From Perkinsus chesapeaki ATCC PRA-425 (Eukaryota > Protista > Perkinsozoa), in assembly GCA_013115145.1 (NCBI GenBank), contig JAAPAO010000082.1, forward strand, positions 23,492-87,491: a DNA stretch of 64,000 bases, in the 5' to 3' direction. A program made the translations under genes and the position numbers. Numbering within the stretch: the stretch's first letter is position 1; every line of letters begins with the position of its first letter. The notes beneath the pieces were generated by a model. That model searched no databases. It saw only the letters and a program-made list of their open reading frames with translations, and was not told where the DNA came from. This document shows positions 1 to 11,763 of the stretch, in pieces.

Positions 1-3000
1 AGTGGTAGCACTGAGCTCGTTATCCAACACCAAGATGAGGTCAGCACTTTTATACTTCTGGCCATCCTTAGGCTTATGGGTGACATCATAACAGTTGAGG
101 GAGATGAAGTAGTAGAATTGCTTATAGACAAATCGGCCATTATTCAGACTGGCGCACGAGTAGTACTTGTCGGCAATCTAAAAATCAGTGATGACGAGGG
201 CGACTACCAGCTGCCTCGTCCCACCTTAACAACCTTTAAGTTCTTCTGTGTGGCCGTTGCCGAGATGAACTGCAGCTCATCAGCGAACTTCACTGCTTTC
301 TGGTCAACGTAAACTCCCTTAACATGCTTGTATATGGACGAGTACGTCACCGGTGCCTTTGGATTCTCGAGCTTGCCCCACCAGGCAGCCAGCTGTCTGG
401 CGTGATAGTGGTTATCACAAATGATCTGCAGTGAATCATAAAATTGCGAATAGCATCTACAAGCTCACATCAACATCAGTCTTCTCTCCGGAGCCGTCAT
501 CCTTCTGGCACCTCGCTCTGACCATATAAGCATTGCTCTCCGTGTTGATTGCCCTGTGAGGCTCTGGAGCATTCTGTACCGGATCGCAGGTGTACTGGAA
601 CTCGGAGACGGCGTACTTATAGGAGCCTGCGGGGTTATTGGCGAAGTTAACCTAAAACCACCAGTACCAACGGCAACGCCTCAAACCGCCGCCTCCGCCT
701 ACTGTGAGCCATCTCTTATGCTCCTCCCTCTCGACAACTGATGTCACCACACCAGGGGTGCTTTGGGCCACAGAGCTCGGCTGGTAAGATGCCTTAACGA
801 GTGTGAAGTCGTTCTTGATGTTATCGATCCGGACAGCTGCGCAGGACTTTAGGATATCCTTCGACACGGCGAGCTCCGAGATGACGGCCTTGCCCCATGT
901 AGCGATTTGGAGAGCGGACTCTTGCTCACGACACTCAATCTCGAGAACCTGGTAAAAATACATACCAACAAGGCGGAGCGAAGCAGCTGACCTGCTCCTG
1001 GCATGCGCACTGCATGACCAAGGTGCCCATGGGGGTGTATTGTGGTGGTGACATGACATGAGAGCAGGAGTACTGGTTCATGCCTTGCCCAGGTGTCAAG
1101 GTCTCCAGCTCGATACCAGCTCCCACTATAGAGGCTCGGCCAAGCTTCATGGGTGTAAGGGAACCCTTCACTGTCACACGCTCACATGAGCGACAAACCT
1201 TCTCTTGGACAACAACCTGATAGATAGGAGAACTCAGTGCATGACGAGTGGGAGGAGGCATATTGCCGTCAAGTAACACAGTAATAGAATAACAGAGCAA
1301 TACGACGCATTTGATACGGGCAGTGAACCTATTTGGCGATGTTTTAACCTCCACCACACTAGAGTGCCGCGCTCCCCTGACAAACTTACAGTTGCATCAG
1401 TCTTGCCACAGAATGGTCCACGGCTGACCTCGATAGCTGTGCTAGCTGATCCACAGACCATTTCAACCTGATGATGAAGAGCATCATCATCATCACAATT
1501 GACAATGCCTTCCTTGCTCATACCTTAGCCTCTTGTTTAGCCCTCTCATCATGGCAGTCCATAGGGATAACGAACTCATCCAGGCGGATCTCTGGGTTCT
1601 GCTTAAGTGCCCCACAGGTCAGCATCCTCATCTCACTTCCCCTTTGAACCTGACAACCCTGTGACCAGCGCAACCCAGCAGCAGCATCAGCATCGACCTA
1701 CATAGAGATAGCGAATCGATTGAGTTAAGGTAACCGAGAGCATCTGGACACTCCAACCAGCGGCACCACCAACGCGGCAGGCATTGCACGCTCCCGGAGG
1801 AGTCTTCACCGCGACCTGAGCAACGCAGTGCACTCGTTGGCTGTCATCTCTTTGGCTCCTTCTCACTTCATTACGAACGTATCCTCCCCATTGGGTGGCG
1901 AACAGGACAGCGGCATCAGCCACCGAGCATGTCACAACAACCCTTTGAGATTGACAGTTCATAGACAGCCTGTAGATGCCGTTATCGTTCTCAGGAGGAG
2001 CGGTCACGGCGTCACACTGCAGGTTCATACTGGTATGTTGCTTAGCCTAACTCAGCCATCAGCAGCAGCAGCTATTCCCTACCCCTGCTCCCCTTACCCT
2101 GATATATCTCTTAGTGACCATCATACTGGAGAATCCACCACCGGCACCAGCATTCTCCACCCAGGCCTGCTCTAGAGTGTGGACGGCTTGATCCATACCC
2201 ATAACCACACTGCGGCAGGATTGAATAAAGTCGTTGTCCATACGGATTTGAGGGTTCACAAGGCCGCCCCAGCGGTAGGCGAACTCCTTAGCAGCATCAG
2301 GATTGCCGTAAAGGATAGTAGCTTGCTGCCCATCGCAAAGCAACTGAAACAACAATACCATGGGCCCCACTAGACCAGAGCGCTCTTACCGAAATGACGT
2401 ATTTGCCTCCTCTGCTGGCAATGTCAGCAGTGACAGCGTTACAGGTGTGTACAACGACCTTACCATCACTCTTAACCTGATAACGTCACTCCGTCTTTCC
2501 CATGATCAGCAGTTTGCCTGTCTCACCTCAAGGGTCCTTCCTGTGATATCAGCATTAGCGTTATACTGCACCTTAGCTGCCACAACTTCACTGGGGCTCC
2601 CAATACGCAGATTGCCGCCCTGTACAGTGGCATAGGCACCCGCCAGGAGACTTGGATGCATTTCAACCTGACAGCAGCAGCAGACACTTCCGACCTGAAC
2701 CTCAGAGCCCCAGCCTCACCGTTGGTGTCTCTAGCTGGGCCCAGATGATACCGAAGGCTATCGAAGCTGTGACGGTCTTGAAGACGAGCTTCACCTGAGA
2801 TCGTCGACCTGTCTTCGGGGGTTGCTGTATAAGTCATGCTCACCGCAATAGTGTTCTCGAGGCGCTCATCGGTCGAACATTGAAGCGTGATGTAATATCT
2901 GTCGTTGTTGTAAGTAATGGACTCGCTATCACCAGCCAAAGATTTGCAGAAGTATGCAGAGCCACGCACCTGCTGGAGTAGGTTAAAAGATACTAAACCC

Positions 3001-5519
3001 ACTGGACAAGAACTCACAGTGAAGATTCTTCCAACGACAACTTCAGAAAAGGTATCCTTGTACACCGCCGCGGTATCTATCTTCTCCACCTGTCCATTTC
3101 CCAGATCAGCCCCCTCGACATGATCAAGATCGACCTGAGCATTAGATGTTACCAGCGGCGGCGGGCGCCGTAGCAGGCTTCGTATCAGACTCACAGCGAC
3201 GTATTGCCCCCACTGTTGGGCGAACTCCTTAGCATCCTGTTCACGTGGGAACACAACCGCGACCTCGTCCTTGCGCTCCTCCATGGAGGGTGTGTCACCG
3301 CGGAAGGACAGCCCGCAGCGTGAACGTACAGCATACTCATCTAGATAAGAGATGTTCGTAACACCGCCGCTGGTATCGAGATAACCTACTCTGATTTCTC
3401 TGCTCAATGGTCCAAACCTTTTGACAGGCATACCACTCCTTATCCTCTGGCTTAGGCACAGCTTCAGAGCCAACCTGACAGCATGACAGTGACTCATACA
3501 GGGCAGAGTCTAAGACCCACCGCCTTACCGCGAGCCACAAAAGCCTCACACGATCTTCACGAGTGTATCTTTCCCTAGTAGCCGACACCAGTGTGTAGTT
3601 ACCACTGGCATCGTTGTTGTCAGAAGGTGTTATCTCAACTCGGAGAGCTGGTGTTAGTAGGGCCAGATTAACCGATACCTGAAAGGCAGCAGCATTACCG
3701 ATACGTTATTGATTAAGTCTGTAGTGGTACGTCAGCTCTAAAGTGGGACCACTCCGACGAGAATCTCCAGGCATCATCTTCATTTTTAAAACGTATGTCG
3801 ACTGTTCTCCCTTGGCATTTAGCATTGACGATGTAAGCATCACTCGCACTCTCATAGACAACAGGCTCGCTGACTCTGTCACATCTAATGCTGCCGTCGA
3901 GACCTTCCACCTACACCAGACACAACCGTCGTGGGCCTGCGCGGCGCTGGTGGGGAACGAAAAGATACTGGAACCGAGAATCGAACTCGGGACCTACTGC
4001 GTGTTAGGCAGTCGTCATAACCAACTAGACCATTCCAGCGTTGAAATCCCTTCAAACCAACCCCATGCCATCAGACAGCGCTCACCTCGATCCGCCCACG
4101 GACTGTCCTCTTCCCCATATCGCATACATCAGATGTTGCCCTCAGCAGCTTACCCGAGAAGTCACCAGAGAATACGCCCTCACTGCGGGACACCAAGTCA
4201 TCAGGAACCTGTGACAAGTACAATGACCCATCAACTGCAACAACACCTCATCTCACCTCGTTGAACCCACCCCAGCGAGCGGCAAACTTTTCAGCGAGCT
4301 CCTCGGTGGAGAAGCTTAATTCGACATCCTTCTTGTCACACGCAGCCTTCACGGTCTTCCCTTCGATATCAGTGGCACCAGCACAGTTGTACTTCTCCCC
4401 AGACTTCATCTGAAACGGGAAGTCCGCCGGGGAATCGCCCAGGTCTCGTCTACAGTGAGAATGCGCTCTGTGGCCATTTCAGTGGAAGGATTGATGCGGA
4501 CCTCGGCGGAAGCGATGTCAGATCCTTCCAGTTCAGAGGAACGGATCGGTACCTTACAAAAAGGACTGCACCAACACCCGTGGTAACATCAGAGCTTACT
4601 CCGAGCGTGTATCCTCCCCAGTTAGCCGCAAACATCATTGCGGTAACTCTCTCTTTAAAGAGGAGGTTGAATGTCTTAGTGACTTTATTTTGATATGTGC
4701 AGGTGAGCTCAACTTCGTAACGTCCGTTTGCTTCGATCGGACCGGAGTGGACTTTGTCACAATATACTTTATATTCTCCCAGCTGAACTTATGTACTTAC
4801 GATGCGTCTACTCAGAATTCACTTACTGTTATGCGTCGTAGCCGAGGGCTGCTATTACGATAGCGAATGTACGATAAGCCAAGGTTCTGCTTCACCCCCC
4901 ACCACTGAGCGAAAGGGTTCTTCTCCACCCAAGCATCAGCAACAACTTCGGGTGATACGGTGAACTGAAAGGGAACCATTTCGGGGAAGCCATCAAGACA
5001 AAGCAGTCGTTTGTTCCACTAAACTTACGGTCTCGAGATCTCCCCAAAGGACGGCGAATTGAAGTGCTTCGTACTCGTGCTCGAAATACAGGCTTGTTGG
5101 TTTCCCATCACAAGTAGTTGATACTTTATAAGCAGACTCTTCAGTATCCCTTCTTGGAGATTCAGTAACAGCCTCGCATTTATGCTTGGAGAAGCTACCG
5201 CGGTTATCACCAACGAGCTGAGGTATGAAGTGAGACAAGTCGATAAGCCTCGATGGCTCACCCATATAGTTCTTGGCTCCTTCTGTGTATTGACAGCCTT
5301 CGCGATCTGTGAGGCTTCCTTAACGCTATGGATGACCACTTTATTGCATTGATCCACGATATCATCCGCGATCTAAAGGTGAGGGGTAACAAGACCATAC
5401 ATCACAGTTCCCACGTGTTCTGTAATGGGTACATCTTGAGCTCCAACAAGTACTCCGAGAGAAAACAGCGCAGCAGCTGCCCTTTTCCAGCCAGGGTAAG
5501 CGGCCTTTGTGGAATTCAT
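1..5519 (-). CDS. Large secreted multi-exon protein with >=10 tandem copies of an unrecognised Cys-pair / FAxxWG domain (runs off left edge)
   Basis: ATG at 5519 gives MNSTKAAYPGWKRAAAALFSLGVLVGAQDVP (signal-peptide-like). Splicing short GT-AG introns joins the minus-strand ORF fragments in frame (e.g. introns 4783-4826, 4209-4256, 3911-4085). Recurring motif xCxxV..YxVxxxC..LxFxxExxAxxFAxxWG. Confidence 0.8.
3966..4039 (-). tRNA. trnV-AAC: tRNA-Val(AAC), intron-nested
   Basis: Reverse complement GCTGGAA TG GTCTAGTTGGTTATGAC G ACTGC CTAACAC GCAGT AGGTC CCGAG TTCGATT CTCGG TTCCAGT A folds as a cloverleaf with anticodon AAC, followed by TTTT. Confidence 0.95.
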
Positions 5520-5731
5520 TGTAAATAACAAGGCAAGTGTTTTTAAACAGGCTAACACTACAGAAGAAATCGTTCAAAAGACAGGGATCGCGCGAAAGAT
5601 CAATGGAAAAATATCGCTCAGAATAATACTCAGATCTTGCGCACTTCGTCCGGCTTAATCTTTCTGAACGGAGCCAGCGCGCTCCGGAAAATAATTTTCT
5701 TGAAAGTGTCAACGATGCTGACTCAACATTT

Positions 5732-6403
5732 ACTACACCTTTTTAACATCAAGTTCACACTTAGGAACATCAATTTCGTCTCAACGGGCGAACTTGAGCG
5801 CACGAATCTGAAACGGAGATGCTGTTTATGCTGTTTTATGCGCGTGTTGTTTGCTATCCATTACCTTGCAACCGGTAACTATTTTTGGTGTGTGGGCCGC
5901 AGTCTGTCAGCCTCTAACGCTACCGCCTGGCGTTATGTGAAAGACGGTTTGACTGCCATTTCTAGTCACGCCGTTGTTTCCCGTTGGATTCCTTGGTACG
6001 ACCAAATCGCCATAATCGACATGGAGAGGAAATTCCGTCTCCACCGGCGAATGCCCCTGGTGGTAGGGGCAATCGACGGCTCGCAGATACCTGTGTTGAG
6101 CCCGGCCGTTCATGAAGAGGCGAATATTAATAGAAAAGGCTTCAGCAGTGTCAATCTGATGGCAGTTTGCGACTACAACGGTCTTTTCCGATATGTCTGC
6201 TGCCGTTGGCCGGGTTCGACCCATGATTAGTCGAGCGAACTTGACTGTACTAACTTATCTTGTCGAACTTGAGAATCCTATGGCGAAATTGAAAATCCTA
6301 ACGGTGAAGTGGATCTTCCCGTTTCAGATTCGTGCGCTCAAATTCGCCCGTTGAGACGAAATTGATGTTTCTAAATGTGAACTTGATATTAAGAAGGTGT
6401 AGT
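5732..6403. repeat. 85-bp inverted repeat pair (5732-5816 / 6319-6403) bracketing the transposase fragment
   Basis: Manual alignment gave 80/85 identity, and all five differences are transitions. Confidence 0.9.
5830..6230 (+). mobile_element. PIF/Harbinger-type DDE transposase fragment (truncated)
   Basis: Translation includes FAIHYLATG, VVGAIDGSQIP, NRKGFSSVNLMAVCD and RWPGSTHD followed by a stop. These are Harbinger/HARBI1 (DDE_Tnp_4) motifs; the C-terminal catalytic part is missing. Confidence 0.85.
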
Positions 6404-6989
6404 GATCGAGAGCTGAGTAGTCGGCACTAAACGGCTGTTAACCTAACTCGGAATACACACCTCAATCTAGACCCTCAAAGCATCATTTTTCTTTCGTCTG
6501 CCGGGGGCTTGGAATTTGCAAGAGATGCGGCAATGCTCGTGGCGTCTATTTCAAAATCTGAAACAGATCATCTGTTTCCACCTTAACCTACTCTACTTCT
6601 ACTAACTTGAAAGTGCAAAGGCCCTCAAGCTCTGCTTTTATCTCCACAAGCACTGGCTCGTATGCTGTTCGCGGCATTTACTTCAAAGGTGCGTGTCGTC
6701 ACCGTGGACGGGTGATAGTCTTTTATAGTGTAGATAATAGACCAGTGACAGGTCACCAGTCTCTCACTGATTGACTAGTATGAAATAACGATCAACAATC
6801 GCAATATGTGTCCACCTTGCTCTGCTCGCATTGCGAGGAATGTAGTATCGCAAATGAGTTCGTACGCTCGAGTTATGACTTAATAAAGTAAATGAACCAA
6901 CAATATTGAGTCAGTATCTCGGTTCGCACCTCTTATTGTAAGAGGATCTTCAAAATCCAACCCTGCTCATTCTTGCTCGTACGCATCGG

Positions 6990-7800
6990 GGCAGAGGATC
7001 AGCTGGATTCCTTGTTAGGGCTTCTCTTTCCGTTTGCAACAAAGTCCTGATAGTAGCATTTTGGGTCGCTTGTGAGGCCGCGCAGCTTCCGAGTAGGGTT
7101 GTTATTCCGCTCTGCTGAAGCGGCTTTACGCTTAGACATGACAGCTTTTAGAGGGCGCATTGGCTTCCTGGTCCAGGAATCCTGGACCTTCGTTCCCACC
7201 TCGGTCTTTGCGGTATTAAGAAGGGGGCGAGTCGGATCCGAATGACCACGCACTCCTGTCACCATACTCTCCACAACGCAGCGATAGCATTGATGGAAGC
7301 AGGGTGCAAGGCGACTTGCTGGGGTTGTTCGGTAGTGGTAGCGATACGGAGTAATATTAGTAAAGACACTCTCTCATATTTTAATGAAAGACGACGTAGC
7401 AAATCACCACAGTAGTTACTTCATATTTGTTGGGCCTTGACACTTTTATTGACCACACCGTCATGTGTGCACGTGAAAGATTTATACTCCTTAAAGATAT
7501 CACAATTATCCACTGGAATTGAACCGCAAAAAGAGACCAAGAGGGGCTACCGGAAAAGTACCACTAGCTTCGTACACCGTGTACGTAACCAGATGACAAA
7601 TCGGATAACGGTGACGGTTTTTGAACGTGCGAAAGCTTGGCATACTAGTCTAGAAAGTTCCGTAGTCGAAACCATGAACTTGCATGCTAGTGCAGAGAAC
7701 ATCGATGAAACATGGGACAAGTTGAGGTCATACTTACTGTTGAGTATATTATTTTTCAAGTTGTAGAGTTTGTATGATCTTAGGAACCTTTCCTGTTCCA
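6990..7800. mobile_element. Possible degenerate retroelement remnants
   Basis: Minus strand ~7260-7330 gives a frameshifted QCYRC / RCGEYGDRSAW, resembling a decayed CCHC knuckle. Plus ORF 7437-7766 has IDETWDKLRSYL, reminiscent of a LINE ORF2 linker. Weak similarity only. Confidence 0.25.
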
Positions 7801-7862
7801 ATGGCGCAAATCCTGTCCATTATTTTACCGAGATGGGTGTCCCTGATGATTGCGAGTGAATT

Positions 7863-7909
7863 GATTTCTGAAATGTCAGTCCTAAATCAGAACTGACATT
7901 TCAGAAATC
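7863..7909. repeat. Perfect 18-bp hairpin with 11-nt loop
   Basis: gatttctgaaatgtcagt-cctaaatcaga-actgacatttcagaaatc. Confidence 0.9.
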
Positions 7910-9121
7910 TAAAGTAGGACTCCTAAACCATTCAATGAACGGCATTTATCCCAATCAGATATGCGAGTCTCGTAAAGAAAACCCAATTTCGTTTATATAG
8001 GGCAAAATTCAAATTGTAAATTGGATTTACTAAGTTATTGAAGGTAACCTCAAGTTTAAAGCCCAAGTAGAGATATCCGCTGAGTAGTCAGCTACCCTAT
8101 CAGATAGGGCCTATCTACATAGGGCCGGTCTATTTCTTCCGTGGAAATATCCGAGATGAACACCTCGTCCATTTGGCGAACAGTTCCCCGTCGATGAGGA
8201 GATCAGAAACGGGAATTAGTCGTTTAAATTATAAATCTTGGCCCTGACGGTATTTGTCAGAGTCACTTGTAGTGGCTTACTGTTACAAAAAAGTGTCTTT
8301 GATCATCGATTCAAAGATATCATCGAGGGATTGCATATTAATCATCAAACTCACTACCTTAAACTTGGCTAAGAGGCTTACGCATGGATATAAGAAAAAC
8401 GAGCCAGTTAATGAATGTGAGCGATAGTTTTGAGTCCGTAGTTCGGCACAGTTAGTATGGAACCGCTGTACCGCAAACACTTTCAGTCTACAGTAGACGT
8501 ACCTGAAGTACGGATTGAAGCTCTAGAAGTTCCAGGGGGATTACTCTGGCATGCCCCGAAAAGTTCACGTTTTAACATGTTCCAGTATTCATACACAACT
8601 GCATTCTCTTCTCTAAGATACTCATGCTAAGCTAATGGTAGTACCATTGTAGCATGGCATATTTCCCTGGTTTTCATCGTGTGAAACGGCTCCCATAGTA
8701 TATTACGCTTAGTCTTATATCGTAGGAGTTATATTCTGCCGCGTGTACTATACGTCGTATAGTATAGTATACGATGATAGTCGTTTACGGCTTGTTTCCG
8801 TGTCGTCGCCGGGATCTTTTCGTGAACCCTACCACCGGTTCACAGTTCTACAAACGCAAAACCTCTCGAGATCAAAGTCGTACTGCAGTTATACAAAGTC
8901 GTGCGGCTACACTTCATACTCTCTATTGAAACATCTTTACTATCCGTATGGCAGGCATAGTACTATTAAACAGTGAATGACAGTCATTGTAGACCATTAC
9001 AAGCAAATATACTCCCGAATGCGCTCAAAGATTCATTAGTAATGGATAGACTGAAACAAAAAGTAAGACACAAAGCCGTTCGTAGCAAAGTCTACAAAAC
9101 ATTTGAATGAAGTCAGCTCGA

Positions 9122-11257
9122 CTAGCTACTTCTGGTGGATGCCTTCGTGCTAGCGTCACCGATGTTACTAAACGAGACACTGATAGTTGTGCTCGTCTCA
9201 GATGGTATCGATCTACCAAGGGGGGTACTGCTGCTATCAGTAGTCGTGTCTCTAGCACGTGTGGTAACATTCGAGGACCCCAGAGCGGTGGTCACGTAGG
9301 CGCCAGTCGTAGTTACGTCGTCCTCGTTAATGGAACGCATTGGTGATGTCACGATCGTTGTAGTTTCTGTTCTTGCTAATTCAGAAGTAACTAATATAGC
9401 AGTTTCACTCGAATCGCCCAAGAATGTGGCGGTGGTGATGGTCGTTGGGTCCACAATCTGCTCTGTTACGGTTGTATTACTGGTCGACGATGAACTACTC
9501 CCTGTGCTTGTAGTAGTGATCTGGCTGTAAGTAGTAGTGGAAGGTGGAGCAGTGGCTGCCACTGTAGAAGCAGATGAGATGATGGTAGAGGTAGAAGGTG
9601 AATTAGTGGTTGAAGTTGTAGAAGCCGATGCGTTGGTAGCGGTCGAGCGTGAAGCAGTAGTTAAAGCTGCAGGAGAAGATGAGCTGTTTGTAGTGGTCGA
9701 AGGTGAACCAGTAGTTACCATCGTAGAAGCAGATGAGCTGTTTGTAGTGGNNNNNNNNNNNNNNNNNNNNNNNNNNNNNNNNNNNNNNNNNNNNNNNNNN
9801 NNNNNNNNNNNNNNNNNNNNNNNNNNNNNNNNNNNNNNNNNNNNNNCTATTGTAGTGGTCGAAGGTGAACCAGTAGTTACCATCGTAGAAGCAGATGAGC
9901 TGTTTGTAGTGGTCGAAGGTGAGCCAGTAGTTACCATCGTAGAAGCGGATGAGTTGTTTGTAGTGGTCGAAGGTGAACCAGTAGTGACCATCGCAGAAAC
10001 AGATGAGTTGGTAGAAGTTGTTGATGATGAAACACTTACTGTTGTAGTGGTGGTAAATCCCTCTGTGGTATTAGTAGAAGCACCCGTATAGTTCACTACG
10101 GCTGCACTACTCGTCGTTTGGGATGTTCCAGTTGGGCCAGTAGAATCCCTAGACGTCGTCGAGCTCATAACCGTCAAAGTCTGTGTAGTAAATTGAGTCG
10201 TCCCGGGCGGTCCTGGGGAGGTCGTAGTGTATAGAGTCTTGTTAGTTACAGGACACGAGCACTGCGTAGGCGAGGCCGGAGTAGTCGTAGCGGGTTCTCG
10301 TAGTTGTAGCCAGTAGTCATAGGTTACGAATCTCGGTGCGAGGAAGACTTCCTCATCAGGGCATCCTCTGAGACAATTAACAGCAAGTCCGCAAAACTGA
10401 CAAATGTCTGCATGTATCCCTACCTCTTCTCGAGGGATGTATCATAAGGTGACTCGCGATAGAATCCAGGCATGCACCAGCAGACTTGTCGCTCCGAATA
10501 CCAATTGTATGTACACCACTCCGGAGGGCTCTCCTCAGGGTACCCTGCACCAACGGCGTACAAATGTGATACAAGCTTCGGCGCCCAGCTTACATGAAAG
10601 TACCCATGGTACGTCTCCTTCGGTAGAAGAGCAGATGGTATCGTAGGAAGGTCCATAAGGGGGTAGAGCCACGTACCTAGGCTGCTTCTCGTAGCATCTA
10701 ACCACAATCATATACGACCAAAAACATCAACGGTAGACAACGTACAGCCAATCACGATTCTTGCTGCCATGACGGTTACCCTTGTCGTTAGGATCGAGAA
10801 CACAGTCTACCACAGCAGAGATGGGCAACTGCTGGAGTGAGTGGTGGACCCGTACCGTATTTTGCAGGAGCGTCTTCATATCCTCGATCATCTTGATGCC
10901 ACTCATGGAGCCTTATACACAACCTGTAATAGCGGCGCCATCGTAGCCCGGCTACCCAAATCAGCCTACTGTTTGATTTTCTTCCCTCTGGCACCATATG
11001 TCTCTGCGTTTCGCCACTTTCCATGACAGTAGGATTTACCATTGGCCTTTACCTTTCCTCGACCATGGGCATAAAGATTGTAGTCTACAGTATCAGATAC
11101 TGCCAGTGCCTTGGGAAGCCCTGAGAAAGACATCACATTGCGATAAGCATAGAAGTGGCTTACACTTCCAGCGAGCTTCATCAGGTCGCTTGAACCCCTT
11201 AACCACCGACATGATTATTGCGCAGCCAGCAACCGACAGTAACGTAATGCTTCTCAT
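9122..11257 (-). CDS. Secreted mucin-like protein: Cys/aromatic N-terminal region plus long Ser/Thr-rich tail
   Basis: ATG 11257 gives MRSITLLSVAGCAIIMSVVKG (signal-like). Short Cys-containing exons (CWCMPGFYRE, TQCSCP) precede a >350-aa S/T-rich exon. Exon structure is approximate. Confidence 0.6.
9670..10000 (-). repeat. 54-bp coding tandem repeat (18 aa, TTGSPSTTTNSSSASTMV) with an assembly gap
   Basis: Unit gtagtggtcgaaggtgaaccagtagttaccatcgtagaagcagatgagctgttt recurs on both sides of the N run at 9751-9846. Confidence 0.9.
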
Positions 11258-11763
11258 TAAATGAGGTAGAACTTGGAGGCGAAACATCCCAACTGACGCT
11301 CCGCGTCCAATCGCTTATCATCTGAGTTCCGGCGTTATTCAACGGATCTAAGAGGAAACCGCTGGGCGAGCGGTTAACCGTCAAAGTTGTACATTTTCCT
11401 ATTTTAGCTTGTCGTATTAATTTCGTTCCTTGCTGGTTGCAGCACTGACGTTTGTGGGAACATTCGTATTGTCAATAACTTGTTGGCTTCGCGCTTTATG
11501 CGTAACACAATCCTTGTACCGTATGGAAAGTCTGTGTATTAGCATTAGTGATGATACATCACCAGATGACATCTCTCATGAAGTCTTAAATGCTCCATGA
11601 ACCCGAAAGACACTAAACCACATGGAGACGTCAATTACATCACCAGATGCGGGTGCCAGATATTGACAAATACCCCCAAGTAATCAGGGATCATATACGT
11701 TAGAACTCCGCACACAAAAGGGTGGTTATTACGCTTTAGCTACCACGCAAAAAGATATGGAAT

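Noticed and set aside
8090-8130. Nested short palindromes (ccctatcagatagggcctatc)
   Set aside because: Stems are 6 bp or less, with no supporting context.
9330-10091. Plus-strand Val/Glu-rich ORFs (also 30342-30554, 45574-46246 and 48465-48757)
   Set aside because: These are antisense shadows of Thr/Ser-rich minus-strand coding sequence.
11625-11645. cgtcaattaca motif downstream of two GH-like genes (also about 44937)
   Set aside because: Short, at different distances from the stops, and not found after the other paralogues.
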